64,000 nt of DNA. It comes from Spirochaetia bacterium (GTDB taxonomy: Bacteria; Spirochaetota; Spirochaetia; CAKZLE01). The stretch lies in NCBI GenBank assembly GCA_963677595.1, contig OY782041.1, forward strand, positions 3,552,001 through 3,616,000. Direction: 5' to 3'. This document shows, in pieces, positions 60,582 to 64,000 of this stretch. A model generated the notes under the pieces. It saw nothing but the letters and a program-made list of their open reading frames with translations. It had not been told where the DNA came from and ran no database searches. Made by a program: the position numbers and the translations under genes. The stretch's first letter is position 1; each line of letters opens with the position of its first letter.

Positions 60582-61301
60582 ATGGAAGCAGTTATGCAGA
60601 TGGCAAACAGTCCAGTCATGTGGGTACTCTCGATCATCATCGTGTCACTCGTCGTAGTCCAGTCACTGATCTACTACGGGATGGCGAAGAAGTATGTGAA
60701 GGATACCGGGGTACTGACGAACGAAGAGGTGAAGAAGGCAATGAAGATCGGTTCTATCAGCACGATAGGACCGGCTGTGGCCGTGTTCACCGTGGCAGTG
60801 GTGCTCATCGGTCTCATCGGGGGGCCGATCACGCTCAGCAGGGTAGGAGTGATCGGGTCAGCGGCATTCGAGAGCCTCACGGCCTCAGCCGGTTCCGGTG
60901 GGACCCTGGGGACCGAGAACTTTACGAACTCCCTGCTCGCGACCGCAAGCTGGGTCATGACCCTCGGCGGGGCAGGCTGGCTGGTGACCACCCTGCTGCT
61001 CACGAAGGGCCTTGATACCACACAGAAGAAGCTGAAGAGCTCGAACCCGGTCACGATCGCCCTGGTCGGCTCTATCACCCCGTTCATGGTCTTCTTCGTC
61101 TACGCACTGCAGGATTCACTCAAGGTCATCCAGGCAGAGAATCCTTCATACGGTGTCCCTGCAGCCGTCATCACCGGTGCGGTGAGCATGTTCGTCCTCG
61201 GGCGGATCGCCCGGTCCGGGGAGAAGCAGGCATGGCTCAAGGATTGGGCCATGGGATTCGCGATCATCCTTGCCATGATCGTCGGCTCACTGGCAGCATG
61301 A
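60582..61301 (+). CDS. DUF5058 family membrane protein
   Basis: ANSP, P..LSRVGVIGSAAFE, WLKDWAMG. Confidence 0.75.
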   Translation: MEAVMQMANSPVMWVLSIIIVSLVVVQSLIYYGMAKKYVKDTGVLTNEEVKKAMKIGSISTIGPAVAVFTVAVVLIGLIGGPITLSRVGVIGSAAFESLTASAGSGGTLGTENFTNSLLATASWVMTLGGAGWLVTTLLLTKGLDTTQKKLKSSNPVTIALVGSITPFMVFFVYALQDSLKVIQAENPSYGVPAAVITGAVSMFVLGRIARSGEKQAWLKDWAMGFAIILAMIVGSLAA

Positions 61302-61309
61302 AGGAGGAG

Positions 61310-62023
61310 ATGATGAGTACAGTACATAATGAAGCATATGAACAGGATTTTTCGAACAAGGTCCATTTCTGGGGACGGATCACCATCGCTGCCGCACTGG
61401 TCGCATCGCTGATGATCCCCTGCTACCTCACCTTCATCCGCGGCTTCGCCGTCGATACGGAGGTCGTCATCTCGGGGCTGCTCTTCGTGGCAGGCTTCGT
61501 CGGGATCATCTGGGTGATCGAACCGATCTCGTACTTTCCCGTACTCGGGCCGATCGGTACCTATATGTCGTTCCTGTCGGGTAATATCGGGAACATGCGA
61601 ATGCCGGTCGTAGGGGCCGTGCAGAACGCACTGGAGACCGAGACCGGGACACGGAAGGCTGAGATCGCGGGGACCTTCGGGCTGGTAGCCTCGAACATCG
61701 TCAACCTGTTGATCCTCTTCGTCGTCGTCATCGGCGGGAAGGCGATCGTCAACGCGATGCCCGCATCGGTCCTCGCGTCCTTCAACTTCGCGGTTCCCGG
61801 GATCTTCGGGGCCATGATCGTACAGTTCGCATCGAAGATGAAGCCGGCCCACATCGTCATGACGGCGGCACTCGGCATCATCGTCATGCAGCTGATCAAG
61901 CTGGTAGGAAAGGTCGCCCCGGCTCTCGGCAAGCTGCTGAGCATCGGGCAGATCGGTGTAGCCGCAGCGGTGGCTATCGCGTTCGCCCTGATCCTCGCCT
62001 CGATGAAGAAGGGCAGGGGCTAA
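61310..62023 (+). CDS. Membrane protein, partner of DUF5058
   Basis: VHFWGR, IEPISYFPVLGPIGTYMSFLSGNIGNMRMP; RBS aaggagg. Confidence 0.75.
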   Translation: MMSTVHNEAYEQDFSNKVHFWGRITIAAALVASLMIPCYLTFIRGFAVDTEVVISGLLFVAGFVGIIWVIEPISYFPVLGPIGTYMSFLSGNIGNMRMPVVGAVQNALETETGTRKAEIAGTFGLVASNIVNLLILFVVVIGGKAIVNAMPASVLASFNFAVPGIFGAMIVQFASKMKPAHIVMTAALGIIVMQLIKLVGKVAPALGKLLSIGQIGVAAAVAIAFALILASMKKGRG

Positions 62024-62050
62024 CGCCTCAGTATACAGAACAAAACCCTG

Positions 62051-62117
62051 CCGGCTGGGCCATCTGGTCTCTATCTTCTCCATAACCAGATGAGGATGGT
62101 CCAGCCGGTTTTTATTT
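62051..62117. terminator. Hairpin terminator between convergent genes
   Basis: ccggctgggccatc / gatggtccagccgg followed by ttttt. Confidence 0.65.
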
Positions 62118-62128
62118 CACATGTGGTC

Positions 62129-64000
62129 TTACTTGATGAGTTCCTTCACGGCAGCACGGTTGCGGTCATTGAAGAACTCCTTCTCCTCATACATGGCATC
62201 GATCCGGTCCTGGTAGTACTCGATGACCTTATACCGCACGAGCTTCATCGTGGAGTTCACGAGCTTGTCCTCCTCGGAGAACTCCTTCGCGATGATCTCG
62301 AAGCTCGCAGGGTCCCACTGTTTCGGGATGAGACCCGGCTCCTCCTTCTTGTAGCGCAGCAGGTCTTCAAAGATCATCTTCAGCAGCGACTCGACCTTCT
62401 CGTCATCCGTGCCGGAGAGGTTCCCTGCCCAGGCTTTCAGTTCAGCTGGGTTGAGGGTAACGAGACCTGAGGTGAAGATCTTGTGGTCGTTGTAGACCAG
62501 GACCTGGCTGACGCAGGTGCTGTGGTTGATGATACCTTCCTCTACCTCTTCTGGTGAGTACTTCTCACCGTCCGGGGCGATCAGCAGGGCCTTCGCCCGC
62601 CCGGTGACCACCAGGAACCCATCCTCGTCGTAGTAGCCGAGGTCGCCGGTCCAGAGCCAGCCGTCTTTGAGGACCTCGTTGCTGGCTTCCTCGTTCTTGT
62701 AGTACCCCTTCATGACGTTCTCGCCCTTGATCACGATCTCGCCGCGTTCCCCGACTGCGGCCTCTTCTGTCTCTGACTTCATGATCCTGCAGTCGATACT
62801 CGGTGCGACGACGCCCGAGGTCCCGAACTTATGTTTTGACGGCGTATTGGAACAGATGATCGGGGCTGCCTCTGTCAGGCCGTAGCCCTGGTATATCGGG
62901 ACACCGATACTGGCGAAGAAGTTCTGCTGGCGTACCTCGAGGAGTGCACCGCCCCCAACGCAGTAGTTGATCTGGCTGCCGAAGACCTCCCGGAGTTTCG
63001 GGAATATGAGCAGGGAGGCGAGCTTGTGGGGGAAGAAGCTGGTGAAGCGTACCCAGAGGGAGGGCTTGTTGTAGCCGTCCCCGTTGATCCGTATCCCAGC
63101 GGCGACTCCTGCGGTGAAGATCTTGTTGATGAGCCCGCCCTTCTTGGCGACTCCTGAGACCATCTTCTTCATGAAGTTACCCGAGAGCGAGGGGACGGTC
63201 ATGAGGAACATCGGGTTGGTCTCCACGAGGTTCTTCGGTATGTTCCTGATGATGTTCATCGACCCGCCGCGGGCATCGACGAAGTACATCGTGATCCCCC
63301 TGAGCAGGGATGCATAGGTCCCCACTGTATGGGCGAAGGAGTGGTCGAGCGGGAGGATGATCAGCGTCGAGAAGGTGGCATCGGGGATATCGAAGAGGGC
63401 GATGCCGTCGACGGCATTTGCCCAGTAGTTGAGGTGGGTGAGCATGATCCCCTTGGGGTTCCCGGTCGTGCCGGAGGTGTAGCAGATGTTCACCACGTCC
63501 TGCTCGTCGATCTCCTTCTCCAACTCCGAGATCATCGATGGAGTCTTCCCCAGTGCCGTGGAGCCGAGTTCCAGGAGGTCCTGCCAGGTGTAGATATCCT
63601 TGCCCCGGGTCAGTTTGAGCCCCTTGAGTGCAGACTCGAAATGGGCATCGGGCTCATCGAGGTAGAAGATCACCGGCTTCTCTGTGATATGGGGCCAGGC
63701 ATCGACCAGCTTCGATATGGTATTGCTGCTGATGAGGAAGCCCTTCGAGTCAGAATGGTTCACGCGGAAGGCGACCTCCTCGAAGGAGAGCTTGATCGAG
63801 AGGGGGACTGAGACACAGGCAGCCTTGAGAACACCGAACTCCCCGGTGATCCACTCAGGCCTTCCCTCAGAGATGATCGCAACCTTCGACTCCCGGGCGA
63901 ACCCGAGCTTAAGGAGAGCGGCAGCGATCTGGTCTGATTCGCTGTCTGTCTCTGCGAAGGACCATCCCTTCCATCCCTCATCCGTCTTCTTTGCTGTATA
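62129..64000 (-). CDS. Long-chain fatty acid--CoA ligase (AMP-binding), 5'-truncated by the window edge
   Basis: YTSGTTGNPKG, YQGYGLTE, WLWTGDLG, TGRAK; frame stays open to position 64000. Confidence 0.92.
   Translation of the reverse strand, partial: YTAKKTDEGWKGWSFAETDSESDQIAAALLKLGFARESKVAIISEGRPEWITGEFGVLKAACVSVPLSIKLSFEEVAFRVNHSDSKGFLISSNTISKLVDAWPHITEKPVIFYLDEPDAHFESALKGLKLTRGKDIYTWQDLLELGSTALGKTPSMISELEKEIDEQDVVNICYTSGTTGNPKGIMLTHLNYWANAVDGIALFDIPDATFSTLIILPLDHSFAHTVGTYASLLRGITMYFVDARGGSMNIIRNIPKNLVETNPMFLMTVPSLSGNFMKKMVSGVAKKGGLINKIFTAGVAAGIRINGDGYNKPSLWVRFTSFFPHKLASLLIFPKLREVFGSQINYCVGGGALLEVRQQNFFASIGVPIYQGYGLTEAAPIICSNTPSKHKFGTSGVVAPSIDCRIMKSETEEAAVGERGEIVIKGENVMKGYYKNEEASNEVLKDGWLWTGDLGYYDEDGFLVVTGRAKALLIAPDGEKYSPEEVEEGIINHSTCVSQVLVYNDHKIFTSGLVTLNPAELKAWAGNLSGTDDEKVESLLKMIFEDLLRYKKEEPGLIPKQWDPASFEIIAKEFSEEDKLVNSTMKLVRYKVIEYYQDRIDAMYEEKEFFNDRNRAAVKELIK

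Overview
Bacterial chromosomal window, most likely a free-living spirochaete (Sphaerochaetaceae/Spirochaetaceae-like). This assignment is inferred from the gene orders rplU-rpmA-obgE-nadD-yqeK-(LCP-like)-rsfS and ispE-spoVG-tRNA-Gln-rplY-pth-tilS-ftsH and from the lipoprotein/SBP signal styles. Most of the window is GC-rich housekeeping DNA (uvrD/pcrA, pgm, comEC, rsmA, pta, tyrA, mtaB, argS, lepA, udk, yidD, three tRNAs). There are four accessory blocks. (i) An AT-rich sugar ABC transporter plus an AHL-lactonase-family gene, followed by an archaeal-type (type II) GAPDH and a PGK whose phosphate-binding Arg is replaced by Asp (1-6030). (ii) An ~8 kb defence/TA island between rsmA and pta: AAA/DUF4143, YefM-YoeB, AbiEi-AbiEii with a catalytic D-to-N change, orphan HigA with a higB remnant, a Fic remnant, and an ABC-type ATPase plus Toprim-like partner. 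The partner is broken by both a frameshift and an intact IS1634-type element, and a solo end of a second IS copy lies nearby. (iii) A LacI-controlled GH95/ABC locus. (iv) An IS200-type element inserted in the leader of an M20 amidohydrolase-DUF5058 operon. Non-coding highlights are a palindromic mosaic repeat at 11.44-11.70 kb, a promoter-driven structured RNA at 45.50-45.61 kb, and many apparently leaderless genes. Family assignments come from recognising motifs by eye; no database search was run.
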